In this document: in pieces, positions 18,979-29,323 of the stretch
Position numbering within the stretch: position 1 is the first letter of the stretch
Layout: each line of letters begins with the position of its first letter
Assembly (NCBI GenBank): GCA_965223265.1
Contig: OZ244999.1
Location: 6,912,001 to 6,976,000, forward strand
DNA length: 64,000 nucleotides
Source: Planctomycetota bacterium
GTDB lineage: Bacteria > Planctomycetota > UBA8108 > SXIK01
Reading direction: 5' to 3'
Position numbers and translations under genes: made by a program
The notes under the pieces: generated by a model
Databases searched by the model: none
What the model was told of the DNA's origin: nothing
The model's input: only the letters and a program-made list of their open reading frames with translations

Positions 18979-21351
18979 ATGAGACGACTCCGAGCCATCC
19001 AGCGCAAGCTCCTCCGCGACCTCTGGCTCATGCGCGGGCAAGCGGTCGCCATCGTCTGCGTGATCGTCAGCGGCGTCGCCACGCTGATCATGTGCGTGAG
19101 CACACACCACGCTCTTGAGCTGACGCGAGCGACGTTTTACCGCGACGCCAACTTCGCGGACGTCTTCGCGAGTCTCAAGCGCGCACCACTGCGGCTGTCG
19201 AAACGCTTTCTCGAGATTCCCGGCGTGCAAACCGTCGACGCACGAGTGGTTGCGAGCGTCCGCATCGAGGTCGACGGCTTCCCCGATCCCGTCACGGGGA
19301 TTATCACATCGGTGCCGGAAGGCGAGCAGCCGCGCCTCAACAGGCTCCACCTCAAAGCAGGGCGCCTCGTCGCTCACGGGCGCGAGAATGAAGTGGTGAT
19401 CAGCGAAGCGTTCGCCGAAGCCCACAGCTTCGAACCAGGAGACACGCTGCACGCAACGATCAACGGTCGGCGTCGGACGCTGGTCGTCGTCGGCGTTGCG
19501 TTGTCGCCAGAACACATCTACCAGATCCGACCCGGTGCGGTGCTCCCCGACTTCGAACGCTACGCTGTGGTCTGGATGGGCGCAAAAGCTCTGAGCAGCG
19601 CGTACGACATGGAAGGGGCGTTCAACAACATTGCGCTCACACTCTCGAGCGCCGGCCGGCTTGAAGCGGTGATCGACCGCGTCGACGACATCCTCGAGCG
19701 TTATGGAGGACTTGGTGCCTACGGCCGCAAGGACCAACTCTCGCACCGCTATTTACAACAAGAGTTCGAACAGCTCGAAGCGATGGCGCGCATCTTCCCG
19801 ACAATCTTTCTCTCCGTCGCTGCCTTCTTACTTCACGTCGTCTTCGCACGGCACATCAGTACACAACGGGAGCAGATCGCAGCGCTCAAGGCGTTCGGCT
19901 ACAGCAATTTCGCCGTCGGAATCCACTACTTGAAGTCGGTACTCCTTATCACCAGCCTCGGAGCCATTGGCGGCATCGCGGTCGGCGTTTGGATGGGCCG
20001 AGGCATGAGCAATGTCTACCTCGACTTCTACCGACTGCCATTCCTCCGCTTCGAACTGCGACCATCTGATGCGCTCGCCGGCTTTCTCGTCAGTGCGGTC
20101 GCCGCAACGATCGGCGCTCTGCAAAGCGTGCGGCGTGCCGCGAGCCTGCCGCCGGCCGAAGCGATGCGCCCGCAGCCCCCTGCGAAATACCGCGTCGCGT
20201 TCGCCGAGCGCTTCGGATTCGGGCGTTTGCTGTCGCAACCCTCGAAGATGATTCTGAGGAACATTGAGCGTCACGCTTTCAAGTCGGTGCTCTCTGTGCT
20301 CGGTCTGGCGCTTGCCTCCGCCATCATCATGGTCGGCTCCTTTCAGAAGGACGCCGTCGATTTCATGATCCACGTGCAGTTTCGCCTGACGCAGCACGAA
20401 GATGTCGCTGTCGCCTTCGTCGAGCCCAGCTCGAGGCGCTCCGTCCACGAGCTCAAGAGCCTGCCCGGCGTCGAACACGTCGAAGGTTTCCGCAGCGTGC
20501 CGGCGCGACTACGCTACGAGCACCGGAGCTACCGCACGAGCATTCAAGGACTCGAGCCGCAAAGCGATTTCTACCGGCTACTTAACGCCGATCTGGAACC
20601 CTTCGACGTTCCAGAAGACGGCGTTGTCTTGACTGATCACCTTGGCAAAATGCTCGGCATCCGCCCGGGCGATCGCCTCACGGTCGAAGTCCTCGAAGGC
20701 CGGCGCCCGACGCTCGAGGTCGAAGTCGCGGCTCTCGTCAAGCAGTTCATGGGCGTAGCAGCCTACATGAGACTCGATCGTCTGCAGCGCCAGCTACGCG
20801 AGGGCGAATCCCTCTCCGGAGCCTACCTCGGCATCGATTCCAAGTTCGAGGATGAAGTCTACACCCGCCTGAAGGAACGCCCACGAGTTGCGAGCACTGA
20901 AGTGAAAGAAAGCTCGATCAACAGCTTCTACGAGACGATGGGAGAAACTCTCCTCTTTTTCACCTTCATCAATACACTTCTGGCGGCATCGATCTCGTTC
21001 GGCGTCGTCTACAACACGGCGCGCGTGGCGCTGTCGGAGCGCAGCCGCGAACTAGCGAGTCTGCGCGTTCTCGGCTTTACACGCGCGGAGGTTTCCTACA
21101 TCCTACTGGGCGAACTCGCGCTTCTGACATTGATCGCCCTGCCGGTCGGTGCCGTTGTCGGCAGACTTCTGTGCGCCGTCATGGCCAGCTCGCTGCAGAC
21201 CGATCTTTTCCGTGTTCCGCTCGTACTGACGCCGCAGACCTACGCCTTCGCAGCCACAGTCCTTCTCATAGCGGCGATTCTTTCGGCTCTGATCGTGCAG
21301 CGACGCCTGCAGAAGATCGACATCCTTTCGGCTCTGAAAGTCTCGGAGTAG
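18979..21351 (+). CDS. FtsX/MacB-like ABC permease (duplicated architecture)
   Basis: Two periplasmic plus FtsX-type halves: QREQIAALKAFGY and ERSRELASLRVLGF. Confidence 0.9.
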   Translation: MRRLRAIQRKLLRDLWLMRGQAVAIVCVIVSGVATLIMCVSTHHALELTRATFYRDANFADVFASLKRAPLRLSKRFLEIPGVQTVDARVVASVRIEVDGFPDPVTGIITSVPEGEQPRLNRLHLKAGRLVAHGRENEVVISEAFAEAHSFEPGDTLHATINGRRRTLVVVGVALSPEHIYQIRPGAVLPDFERYAVVWMGAKALSSAYDMEGAFNNIALTLSSAGRLEAVIDRVDDILERYGGLGAYGRKDQLSHRYLQQEFEQLEAMARIFPTIFLSVAAFLLHVVFARHISTQREQIAALKAFGYSNFAVGIHYLKSVLLITSLGAIGGIAVGVWMGRGMSNVYLDFYRLPFLRFELRPSDALAGFLVSAVAATIGALQSVRRAASLPPAEAMRPQPPAKYRVAFAERFGFGRLLSQPSKMILRNIERHAFKSVLSVLGLALASAIIMVGSFQKDAVDFMIHVQFRLTQHEDVAVAFVEPSSRRSVHELKSLPGVEHVEGFRSVPARLRYEHRSYRTSIQGLEPQSDFYRLLNADLEPFDVPEDGVVLTDHLGKMLGIRPGDRLTVEVLEGRRPTLEVEVAALVKQFMGVAAYMRLDRLQRQLREGESLSGAYLGIDSKFEDEVYTRLKERPRVASTEVKESSINSFYETMGETLLFFTFINTLLAASISFGVVYNTARVALSERSRELASLRVLGFTRAEVSYILLGELALLTLIALPVGAVVGRLLCAVMASSLQTDLFRVPLVLTPQTYAFAATVLLIAAILSALIVQRRLQKIDILSALKVSE

Positions 21352-21355
21352 CCTC

Positions 21356-22555
21356 ATGAACTGGCAACGATGGCTCGTCGTGCTCAGCGTCACAGTCGTC
21401 ATCGCAGCGCTCCTCGTTCTCGGGTTCATGCCGCAGCCGGTGCAGGTCGAGACGGTCACCGTCATACGCGGTAGCTTGGAGGTGACCGTCGAGGAGGAAG
21501 GGAAGACACGCGTTCGAGATCGCTTTGTCGTTTCATCGCCGGTCCTCGGTTTTTCGCGCCGGATTGGTCTCAAAGTTGGCGACCCGGTCGTCCGCGGACA
21601 GACGCTTGCAGAGATCGAGCCGCTGCGCGCCGACATCCTCGACGCCCGGCGGCGAGCGGCAGCTGAAGCACGGGTGGCTGGTGCTGCGGCCGGCGTCCGC
21701 CACTCCGAGGAACAGCTGCGGGTAGCCGAAGCAGACGCCGCGCTCGCCGAGAAGGAATTCGCTCGCCTCAAGTCGGCACATGCATCGGGCACGGTGTCGA
21801 TCGAACTTCTAGAACGCGCAGAAGCGACGAAGCGCAGCGCCGCAGCGCGCCAGCGCTCGGCTCGATTCTCGATCGAAGTGGCCCAGTTCGAACTCGAAGC
21901 AGCGCGAACGGAGCTTCGCTACTCCACAGACGACGAGACCGTCGAGTCACTCCCCCCCGTTGCCGTGCGCTCCCCCGTCGAAGGTCGCGTTCTGAAGGTC
22001 TGGCGCGAAAGCGAAGGCGTCGTGAATCGCGGCTCGGCGCTGGTCGAAGTCGGTGACCCTCGCGCGCTCGAGGTCGAGGTGGACGTGCTCTCGGCTGACG
22101 CGGTGCAGATCAGCGCCGGAACACCTGTGGTGCTCGAGAGATGGGGAGGAACACCTCTCGACGCACGCGTGCGCCACGTAGAGCCTGTCGGTTTTACGAA
22201 AATCTCCGCTCTCGGCGTGGAAGAACAGCGTGTACTTGCGATCGTCGACTTCGCATCGCCAATGGACGAATGGGAACGCATCGGCGATGGCTATCGTGTT
22301 GAAGCAAAGTTCATCCTCTGGCGCGGCGATGACGTCCTTCAAGTGCCGACGAGCACGCTCTTTCGTCGCGGCGATGCGTGGGCGGTCTTTGTCGTTCATG
22401 ACGGTGCAGCGCGATTCCGGCCCATCGAAATTGGCCACCGAAGCGGCCTGCGCGCCGAAGTGAACGGTGGATTGAGCGCCGGCGAGATCGTTGTCACGCA
22501 CCCAAACGATACGATCGAAGATGGAACCAAAGTCGCATCAAACGAGAAAGACTGA
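21356..22555 (+). CDS. HlyD/RND-type periplasmic adaptor subunit
   Basis: N-terminal anchor, lipoyl-like halves (LKVGDPV, VRSPVEGRV), alpha-hairpin, KISALGVEEQRV. Confidence 0.9.
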   Translation: MNWQRWLVVLSVTVVIAALLVLGFMPQPVQVETVTVIRGSLEVTVEEEGKTRVRDRFVVSSPVLGFSRRIGLKVGDPVVRGQTLAEIEPLRADILDARRRAAAEARVAGAAAGVRHSEEQLRVAEADAALAEKEFARLKSAHASGTVSIELLERAEATKRSAAARQRSARFSIEVAQFELEAARTELRYSTDDETVESLPPVAVRSPVEGRVLKVWRESEGVVNRGSALVEVGDPRALEVEVDVLSADAVQISAGTPVVLERWGGTPLDARVRHVEPVGFTKISALGVEEQRVLAIVDFASPMDEWERIGDGYRVEAKFILWRGDDVLQVPTSTLFRRGDAWAVFVVHDGAARFRPIEIGHRSGLRAEVNGGLSAGEIVVTHPNDTIEDGTKVASNEKD

Positions 22556-22556
22556 C

Positions 22557-23990
22557 ATGAAGAGTTATCGAAATTGGATCATCGCCGTAGCAACAGGTCT
22601 TCTGACATCTCTCGAGACATTCGCCGATGCTAACGACGAGACGCGGCCAAACGTGGTCATCATTTTTACCGACGATCAAGGCTATGCAGACCTTGGCGTC
22701 TTCGGCGCCAAAGGATTCGAAACACCACACATCGATCGACTCGCCAGCGAGGGGATCAGGCTGACGAACTTTCACGTCGCCCAGCCCGTGTGTTCCGCCT
22801 CGCGAACGGCACTCCTGACTGGCTGCTATCCCAATCGCCTCGGAATACATGGCGCCCTCGGCCCGAGAAACACGCACGGCATTCACGCAGAAGAGACGAC
22901 ACTCGCCGAGGTGGCGAAGGGGAAAGGGTATGCGACCGCGATCTTTGGCAAATGGCACCTCGGTCACCACAAGCAGTTCCTACCGCAGCAACACGGCTTT
23001 GACGAGTACTTCGGAATCCCCTACTCCAACGACATGTGGCCGAAGCATCCGACGGCTGGCGATCGTTTTCCCCCGCTGCCGCTCATCGAAGGTGACACGA
23101 CGATCGAGCTGAACCCCGATCAAAGTCAGCTCACTACCCAGATCACGGAGCGCGCCGTCGCGTTCATCGATCGCAACAAAGATCGCCCGTTCTTTCTCTA
23201 CGTGCCGCACCCGATGCCTCACGTGCCACTGTTCGTCTCGGAGAAGTTCAAGGGCAAGTCAGAGCACGGCATCTACGGTGACGTGATCATGGAGATCGAT
23301 TGGTCGGTCGGCGAAATCGTCGCAGCACTGAAGCGTAATGGACTCGATCGCAAGACGCTTGTCATCTTCACGTCCGACAACGGGCCGTGGCTCTCCTACG
23401 GAACTCACGGCGGCAGCGCTCTGCCGCTGCGCGAGGGCAAGGGCACGACGTTCGAAGGTGGTGTCCGTGTACCGTTTGTCGCTTGGTGGCCCGGTCGGAT
23501 CCCCGCCGGCTCGGTCCGCGACGAGCCGATGATGACGATCGACATCCTACCGACGATCACACGTCTGATCGGCGGCCAACTGCCGAAGCGCCCGATCGAC
23601 GGCAAAGACGCGTGGCAGCTCCTCTCCGGCGCCTCCGGCGCCAGAAGCCCACAGGAGGTGTACTACATCTATTATCGCACCAACGAGCTGCAGGCGATCC
23701 TGAGCGGACGGTGGAAGCTCCATCTGCCGCATCGCTACCGCACGCTTGCAGGTCGCGAAGGGCGCAGCGACGGTTTGCCCGTGGAGTACAGCCACAAGAA
23801 CACCGCGGTCGAACTCTACGATCTAAAGTCGGACATTTCGGAAACCCGCGACCTCGCGGCAGAGCGACCCGATATCGTGGCCAAGCTCATGAAGCACGTC
23901 GAGGCGGCGCGGCAGGACCTCGGAGATGCCCTGACTGAGCGGCCTGGGGCAAACCAGCGCGAGCCTGGACGAATTCCGAAGGCCAACTGA
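22557..23990 (+). CDS. Secreted sulfatase (arylsulfatase A-like, Cys-type)
   Basis: PNVVIIFTDDQGY, CSASRTALLTG, GKWHLG, FTSDNG, GKGTTFEGGVRVP, ELYDL. Confidence 0.94.
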   Translation: MKSYRNWIIAVATGLLTSLETFADANDETRPNVVIIFTDDQGYADLGVFGAKGFETPHIDRLASEGIRLTNFHVAQPVCSASRTALLTGCYPNRLGIHGALGPRNTHGIHAEETTLAEVAKGKGYATAIFGKWHLGHHKQFLPQQHGFDEYFGIPYSNDMWPKHPTAGDRFPPLPLIEGDTTIELNPDQSQLTTQITERAVAFIDRNKDRPFFLYVPHPMPHVPLFVSEKFKGKSEHGIYGDVIMEIDWSVGEIVAALKRNGLDRKTLVIFTSDNGPWLSYGTHGGSALPLREGKGTTFEGGVRVPFVAWWPGRIPAGSVRDEPMMTIDILPTITRLIGGQLPKRPIDGKDAWQLLSGASGARSPQEVYYIYYRTNELQAILSGRWKLHLPHRYRTLAGREGRSDGLPVEYSHKNTAVELYDLKSDISETRDLAAERPDIVAKLMKHVEAARQDLGDALTERPGANQREPGRIPKAN

Positions 23991-24084
23991 CGGTCGTGCG
24001 AGTTTGCACGAGTCAGAGAAGATCCCGTGTCCGACGTCGGAAGTTCGCTCGTCGGATTCCCTGAGACACTGTTGAAGGACAACC

Positions 24085-25188
24085 ATGCGACACTGTTTGC
24101 AGACATCGGCGACGACTCACCTCGTCCGCATTCTTTCCATCTTCATCGCCCAGCTCGGTATCTTCAGTCGCGGCGGTGAAGCTGCAGACCTTTCCAACCA
24201 ACCAGGCATCATGAAACGCGAGTTCATCTTCACAGAGGCGCCGTTCGCACAGTGTCACGCATCGACCATCGAGGAAGGCGAAACCGGACTCGTGGCGTCA
24301 TGGTTCGCCGGCACCAGGGAAGGGAACCCTGACGTGGGTATTTGGGTCTCGCGTCACGTCGATGGCGCTTGGACGCCGCCGCTCGAGGTAGCCGATGGGG
24401 TCCAGACGCCGAGCGAGCGCCACCCGTGCTGGAATCCGGTGCTGTTTCAACCGAAGCGCGGTCCACTTCTCCTCTTCTATAAGTGTGGACCGAGCCCGAA
24501 GACGTGGTGGGGAATGCTCATGCGCTCCACCGATGGAGGCAAATCGTGGGACAAGCCGCAGCGCCTCCCGGAAGGCATCGCGGGCCCCATCAAGAACAAG
24601 CCCATCGAGCGGGCCGACGGCACTCTTGTTTGCCCCTCCAGCACGGAAGACGAAGGTTGGCGCGTCCATTTCGAGATCACCAAGGATCTGGGCAAGACAT
24701 GGTCGCGCGTCGGACCGGTGAACGACGGCAAAACGTTCGGCGCCATTCAACCGAGCCTTCTGACGCACACTGATGGGCGCATGCAAGCGCTCTGCCGCAG
24801 CCGTCAGCGCGCCGTCACGGAAGTGTGGTCAAGCGACGGCGGCCACACATGGTCGTCGATGAAGGCGTCGGCGCTGCCGAATCCCAACTCTGGGATCGAC
24901 GCGGTCACTCTCGAGGACAACCGACAGCTCCTCGTCTACAACCATACCCGGCTCGGTCGTAGTCCGATCAACGTGGCAGTCTCCAAGCGAGACGGCGTCC
25001 TGTGGGAGGCCGCGCTTGTGCTCGAGGACGAACCCGGTGAGTACTCATACCCCGCGGTCATCCAAACGCGAGACGGATTGGTGCACGCGACCTACACGTG
25101 GAAACGGCGCCGCATGCGCCATGTCGTTATCGATCCGAGGCAGTTGCAATTGCGACCGATGCGCGACGGCGAGTGGCCGAGCGACTAA
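24085..25188 (+). CDS. BNR/Asp-box sialidase-family protein
   Basis: CHASTI, WFAGTREG, WNPVLF; Asp-boxes STDGGKSW, TKDLGKTW, SSDGGHTW; YSYPAVIQ. Confidence 0.88.
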   Translation: MRHCLQTSATTHLVRILSIFIAQLGIFSRGGEAADLSNQPGIMKREFIFTEAPFAQCHASTIEEGETGLVASWFAGTREGNPDVGIWVSRHVDGAWTPPLEVADGVQTPSERHPCWNPVLFQPKRGPLLLFYKCGPSPKTWWGMLMRSTDGGKSWDKPQRLPEGIAGPIKNKPIERADGTLVCPSSTEDEGWRVHFEITKDLGKTWSRVGPVNDGKTFGAIQPSLLTHTDGRMQALCRSRQRAVTEVWSSDGGHTWSSMKASALPNPNSGIDAVTLEDNRQLLVYNHTRLGRSPINVAVSKRDGVLWEAALVLEDEPGEYSYPAVIQTRDGLVHATYTWKRRRMRHVVIDPRQLQLRPMRDGEWPSD

Positions 25189-27565
25189 CCTTGCGACCAG
25201 CCCCTGGTCGTGAAGCTCCGCCGCTTCGGCTGCCGGCAAAGGCGAACAGTGTCGTACCGATGAGCGCGATCAAGGTGATCATAACGCCCCAGAACACCGC
25301 GGGCGGTCGATAGCGAAAGACGACATCGTGCCGCCCCGGCTCGAGCGCCACGGCGCGGAAGGCAACGTTGGCTCGGTAATGCGGCACCGGCTCGCCGTCC
25401 AGGTAAGCCTGCCAGCCTGGATACCACGAGTCCGCTAAAACGAGAAAAGCCTCGCGTCGCGCAACCACGTCGATTCGCACCTCGTCGTGGACATCCCGTA
25501 GCACGTGCACCGCCCCGAGTGCCTCCTTCTCCGTCGCAGCGTCTCTTGGCAGTGCGCCTCGCTCGGCAAACGTTGGCGGAGCACCTTCGAGGACAACCTC
25601 CCGGCGTGGATCGAAGTCGTCCGAGTCGACATACCACGCCGCAGCCTCAGGTTCAGCCGCGACGATCGCTCGCGTTACGAGCGACGCGCGCGGCAGCGCC
25701 GCCCCGTTCGAGTCAACCGAGATCATGCCGGCTCCTCTGTCGGCAAGAACGACGCGCGATGCAGTCATCGCGTAGAGGCGATCCGGGTGGCGTTGAAACG
25801 ACGCGCGAAATCGAGAGCCATGCCGCAGCTCCATGGCGCCGTAGTCGTGCAGCGAACGGTAGCCTTGGAATGATGCCAGATAAGGCGGAAAGAGATAACG
25901 GTGTTTCCCAGGCGTCAGACGACTTGCAATGCGCCGGTGACCCGCACTGTCGTCGAAAGCGGCAGGCGGCGGGAGCGGCAGTGGCGGCCCCAGAGTCGCC
26001 ACGTCGCCCGTCACCACCAGGTGGCGATTCGCAACCGCGAGATCCAGAGCAGCGAGGAGCAGCACACCGACAGCGACGGTCATCGGGATCTTCGCGCGCA
26101 CCCGGACGAAGAGCGCGATCGCGAGAAGAAACACAGCTCCTTGCATCAAAACGAGGGCAAGCGAGCGGGTGACAAGATCTGTATCTGCCTGCAACGAGTT
26201 GCCGTGAGAAGAAATCCAGTCGAAGAGTGGTTCACGAAAGAGACGAAGCGCTGCGGCACCGGCGAGAAGCACGGTCGCCGTCCACATCGGCCACCCCGGC
26301 GGTCGACGCGAGACTTGTCCTGCTGCGCCAGCAGGGAGATCCAACAGTCGCTGGACGCCGAGCGCCGCCAGTAGACAAAGCGGCAGCATCGCGACAACCA
26401 CCATCTTGACGGGGTAGCGAAAAGACCCGGCGCCCGGCACCACGCCCCGCAGCCAAGCCATGAGCGGGGTCGTATCACCAAGGGCCATGAGCAGCGTCAC
26501 GAAGAGTGCGCCGACGAGGAGAAGTCGATCGCCGCGACGAGCAGCGAAACAGCCGATGAGTGCGAATCCAATCACTGCGACGCCCACGTACACCCCCTTG
26601 ACGAGCGAAGTCGCGGCGCCGAACACATCAGCTCGGCCGCCACCGCCGGAGGCAAGCTCCATCAGCTGCGGATGAACGAGGAGCTCGAGGATGCGCTGCG
26701 GGGCAAGGGACCAATGCAGCGCCTTCGACTCACTAATTCCCGTCGCCCGCGATCCCAGCTGCAGAAACTCCCACGTTGGAAGGAGCTGACATGCGCCAAG
26801 CAGAACAGCGATCGCTCCGGCGGCTGCGAGGAGAGCGAGGCGAGTGGACCACCGCGGTGTTGCATCTCTGAGGTCGTGTCCGACTTCGGCGCCCCGCACG
26901 CGGAGGAGCGCAGGCGCCGTGGAGGAAGCGATCCATTCGGCAACGCTCCAGCAGGCGTACGCCACGAGCAACTCGAACGCGCCAGCCAGCGCAGTGAGCG
27001 CCAAGCAGACGCCCAAGCTCGCCGCCATTCGGCGTGTCGGCATGTCATGAAGGATGCGACGCGTTGCGGCAAGTGCGAACAAGATCCACGGCCACCCAGC
27101 GATCCAAAGCGGATTCCAGTGAAAGCTGACGAACGCACCGCTGGCGACAAAGCAGAGCGCACCAACGCTAGCAGCTGGGCCGCGCACCTCGTACGTTCGG
27201 GTCAAGCGGACGAACGCAACGGCAGTCAAAAATAGATGGAGCAGGAGAAACACTTTGAGCGCGTCGATCGGCCTCAGAGCGAGAAAGAGCACGTTGCCCG
27301 GGTAGAACACCTGCGTCATCGGGTTGGCGAGAAAAGGCACGCCGCAGCCCACGTCTGCTGTCCACGTCGGTAAACGCCCGCTGCGCAAAGCGTCCGCGGT
27401 GAACGTCTTGACGGGCACGTAGAGATGCGTCGCGTCGTAAGTGACGAGGACGCGGTCGGCCGGCACGGCGTGGCCGAACAAAATCGAGAGAACGACGCCG
27501 ACGGCTAGCAGGAACAAGAGGCGTTGGCACCGCCGCGCGCTGCTCTCCGGCTCAACTGATGTCAT
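25127..27565 (-). CDS. YfhO-family membrane protein (GT-C-type glycosyltransferase-like)
   Basis: GRLPTW...GVPFLANP...FYP, many TM segments, C-terminal LVLADSWYPGWQAYLDG...ANVAFRAVALEPGRHDVVFRYRP. Confidence 0.85.
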   Translation of the reverse strand: MTSVEPESSARRCQRLLFLLAVGVVLSILFGHAVPADRVLVTYDATHLYVPVKTFTADALRSGRLPTWTADVGCGVPFLANPMTQVFYPGNVLFLALRPIDALKVFLLLHLFLTAVAFVRLTRTYEVRGPAASVGALCFVASGAFVSFHWNPLWIAGWPWILFALAATRRILHDMPTRRMAASLGVCLALTALAGAFELLVAYACWSVAEWIASSTAPALLRVRGAEVGHDLRDATPRWSTRLALLAAAGAIAVLLGACQLLPTWEFLQLGSRATGISESKALHWSLAPQRILELLVHPQLMELASGGGGRADVFGAATSLVKGVYVGVAVIGFALIGCFAARRGDRLLLVGALFVTLLMALGDTTPLMAWLRGVVPGAGSFRYPVKMVVVAMLPLCLLAALGVQRLLDLPAGAAGQVSRRPPGWPMWTATVLLAGAAALRLFREPLFDWISSHGNSLQADTDLVTRSLALVLMQGAVFLLAIALFVRVRAKIPMTVAVGVLLLAALDLAVANRHLVVTGDVATLGPPLPLPPPAAFDDSAGHRRIASRLTPGKHRYLFPPYLASFQGYRSLHDYGAMELRHGSRFRASFQRHPDRLYAMTASRVVLADRGAGMISVDSNGAALPRASLVTRAIVAAEPEAAAWYVDSDDFDPRREVVLEGAPPTFAERGALPRDAATEKEALGAVHVLRDVHDEVRIDVVARREAFLVLADSWYPGWQAYLDGEPVPHYRANVAFRAVALEPGRHDVVFRYRPPAVFWGVMITLIALIGTTLFAFAGSRSGGASRPGAGRKVSRSATRRRASVAIATASDR

Positions 27566-27821
27566 GGGTCGCCCGGACGGAAGGATTTGCTGCGATGAAC
27601 CACGTCGGGCACGACTCTCTAGCTGCCATTCGCGCCAAGCCCGGCCTCACCGGGCTCGACGCGCAACAGCCAATTCGAGTTACCAGCCCGTCTGATTATC
27701 GTCAGCAGCGGCGCGCAAGTTGACCGCGAGGCCAACCGGGCTTCTGCTTATCGGGACGCGCGGCTGGCGGAGACGCGGAGACGCCCCAGAATGCCAGCAT
27801 CACGCGACCACCAGGCAATGC

Positions 27822-28901
27822 TCACCGAATCGCCAACGGCCGCATCGTGAATCCCGCCGTTGTCCCGGCGATCTTGTTCGTGCTGGCGATGTAGCAGAAT
27901 TCTGAGATTCCCGCCGCCGCCAAATCTTCGAGGTAGTGAAATTCCGCGATGTGAACTCCCTGTTCAACGAGCAGGTACTTGTGAACCGGGATGAACGAGT
28001 CGGAACCTTTCGGCGCGGGCGCGACCTCGAGTCCACTCGTGTCCGATCCGATCATGATCGAGCCGAACTGTTCGACGAGATACTTCGCCGTCGCCAAATT
28101 GATGCCGGCGGAGTCGTGGGCGCGAATCTTGTCTTGGTCGGCGCCGTCCTCGCCCCAGTAGCGAAGCGTTCCAGTGCGAAACAGGACGACGTCTCCCGGT
28201 CGCAGCTCGACACCCTGTAGGCGCCGCGCCGCGTCGACATCCTCGGGTGTGATCGCGTAGCTTGTCGGCAAAGCGTCGACCTTCTTGAGTTTGGCGATGT
28301 CGAGCATGACACCGCGCGCGACGATCGGCGGAATCGTGGTGGCATCGCAGCGGCGGACGCCGAAGTTGCCGCCCCAGTCTCGCTCCTTGAATCCGTTGTA
28401 CCAGTGATCGTCTTCACCAACGGTGATGTGAGCCAAGCCGTCAATCTGTGTCGCGACGTTGTCACTGACGAACAGCGCGCAGCTGTGCCAACCGGTGAGG
28501 CTCGGGTTGACACTGGCGGCGGTGAAGTCATGGTCGCGCTGCCGCTTCACTCCCTCAGGTGTGCGAAAGCTCATCACCTCGCCTGGACTGTGCCCAGGCC
28601 ACTTGTAGCTGCTGCGCGAATAGGTGATGCCGAGATCAAAGACCTTCCCTTCCTTCGCCAACGTGAGAGCGTCCTTCACCGTGCTTTCAGTCATGGCATT
28701 CAACGAACCGACTTCATCCTCCGGCCCCCAAATCCATCCCCAGCCCTTTCCCTTCTGCCATCCCTTGATGCCGCCGACCGCAGCGCCAGGGCGCGAGAGG
28801 AGAGGGACGATCGAAAAGACGGCGAGAATGACGAAAAACAGCATGCCCAAAGCCAAAGTGCGCTGCGGAGATTTCAATGGCGTCGCTTTCCGAGAAGGCA
28901 T
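27822..28901 (-). CDS. Cyclase-family (kynurenine formamidase-like) metal hydrolase with N-terminal anchor
   Basis: WGPEDEVGSLN, TQIDGLAH, ARGVMLD, GDVVLFRTG, IGSDT, VHKYLL; AGGAG RBS. Confidence 0.85.
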   Translation of the reverse strand: MPSRKATPLKSPQRTLALGMLFFVILAVFSIVPLLSRPGAAVGGIKGWQKGKGWGWIWGPEDEVGSLNAMTESTVKDALTLAKEGKVFDLGITYSRSSYKWPGHSPGEVMSFRTPEGVKRQRDHDFTAASVNPSLTGWHSCALFVSDNVATQIDGLAHITVGEDDHWYNGFKERDWGGNFGVRRCDATTIPPIVARGVMLDIAKLKKVDALPTSYAITPEDVDAARRLQGVELRPGDVVLFRTGTLRYWGEDGADQDKIRAHDSAGINLATAKYLVEQFGSIMIGSDTSGLEVAPAPKGSDSFIPVHKYLLVEQGVHIAEFHYLEDLAAAGISEFCYIASTNKIAGTTAGFTMRPLAIR

Positions 28902-29090
28902 CACGGGGTGGCTCCTGATTCGAAATCTTGGAAGAAGTGGAGAAGCGCTGCGGACGCAGCGTTCGGACAGGTTCATGGCTGACGCTATGCTCCCCTGCAT
29001 GATGCGCGCGTCGGGCGCGAGTGTCCAGGCTCGATCACAGCGCTAGATAGAGTTTGGGTCGTTCGGGTCGCCGAGGTGGCAAGCACTCTG

Positions 29091-29294
29091 TTTGCGTTTG
29101 CGTTTGCGTTTGCGTTTGCGTTTGCGTTTGCGTTTGCGTGGGCGTTTGCGTTTGCGTTTGCGTTTGCGTGGGCGTTTGCGTTTGCGTGGGCGTTTGCGTT
29201 TGCGTGGGCGTTTGCGTTTGCGCTTGCGTTTGCGTGGGCGTTCTACGAGTCTGTCTCTGTCGCTTCTGCCTCTGCCTCCGCCTCCGCTTCTGCC
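29091..29294. repeat. Hexamer microsatellite (25 units TTTGCG/TGGGCG/CTTGCG) followed by a TCYGNN pyrimidine-rich tract
   Basis: 29091-29240 is exactly 25 hexamers ending in GCG; 29250-29294 reads TCTGTCTCTGTCGCTTCTGCCTCTGCCTCCGCCTCCGCTTCTGCC. Confidence 0.95.
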
Positions 29295-29323
29295 AGAGCA
29301 CCACGAAACCGCCAAACTCGAAA

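Noticed and set aside
25127-25188. 62-bp convergent overlap of the sialidase-like and YfhO-like genes as a special feature
   Set aside because: The YfhO tail is low-complexity and is most simply a stop-codon drift, common in GC-rich genomes.
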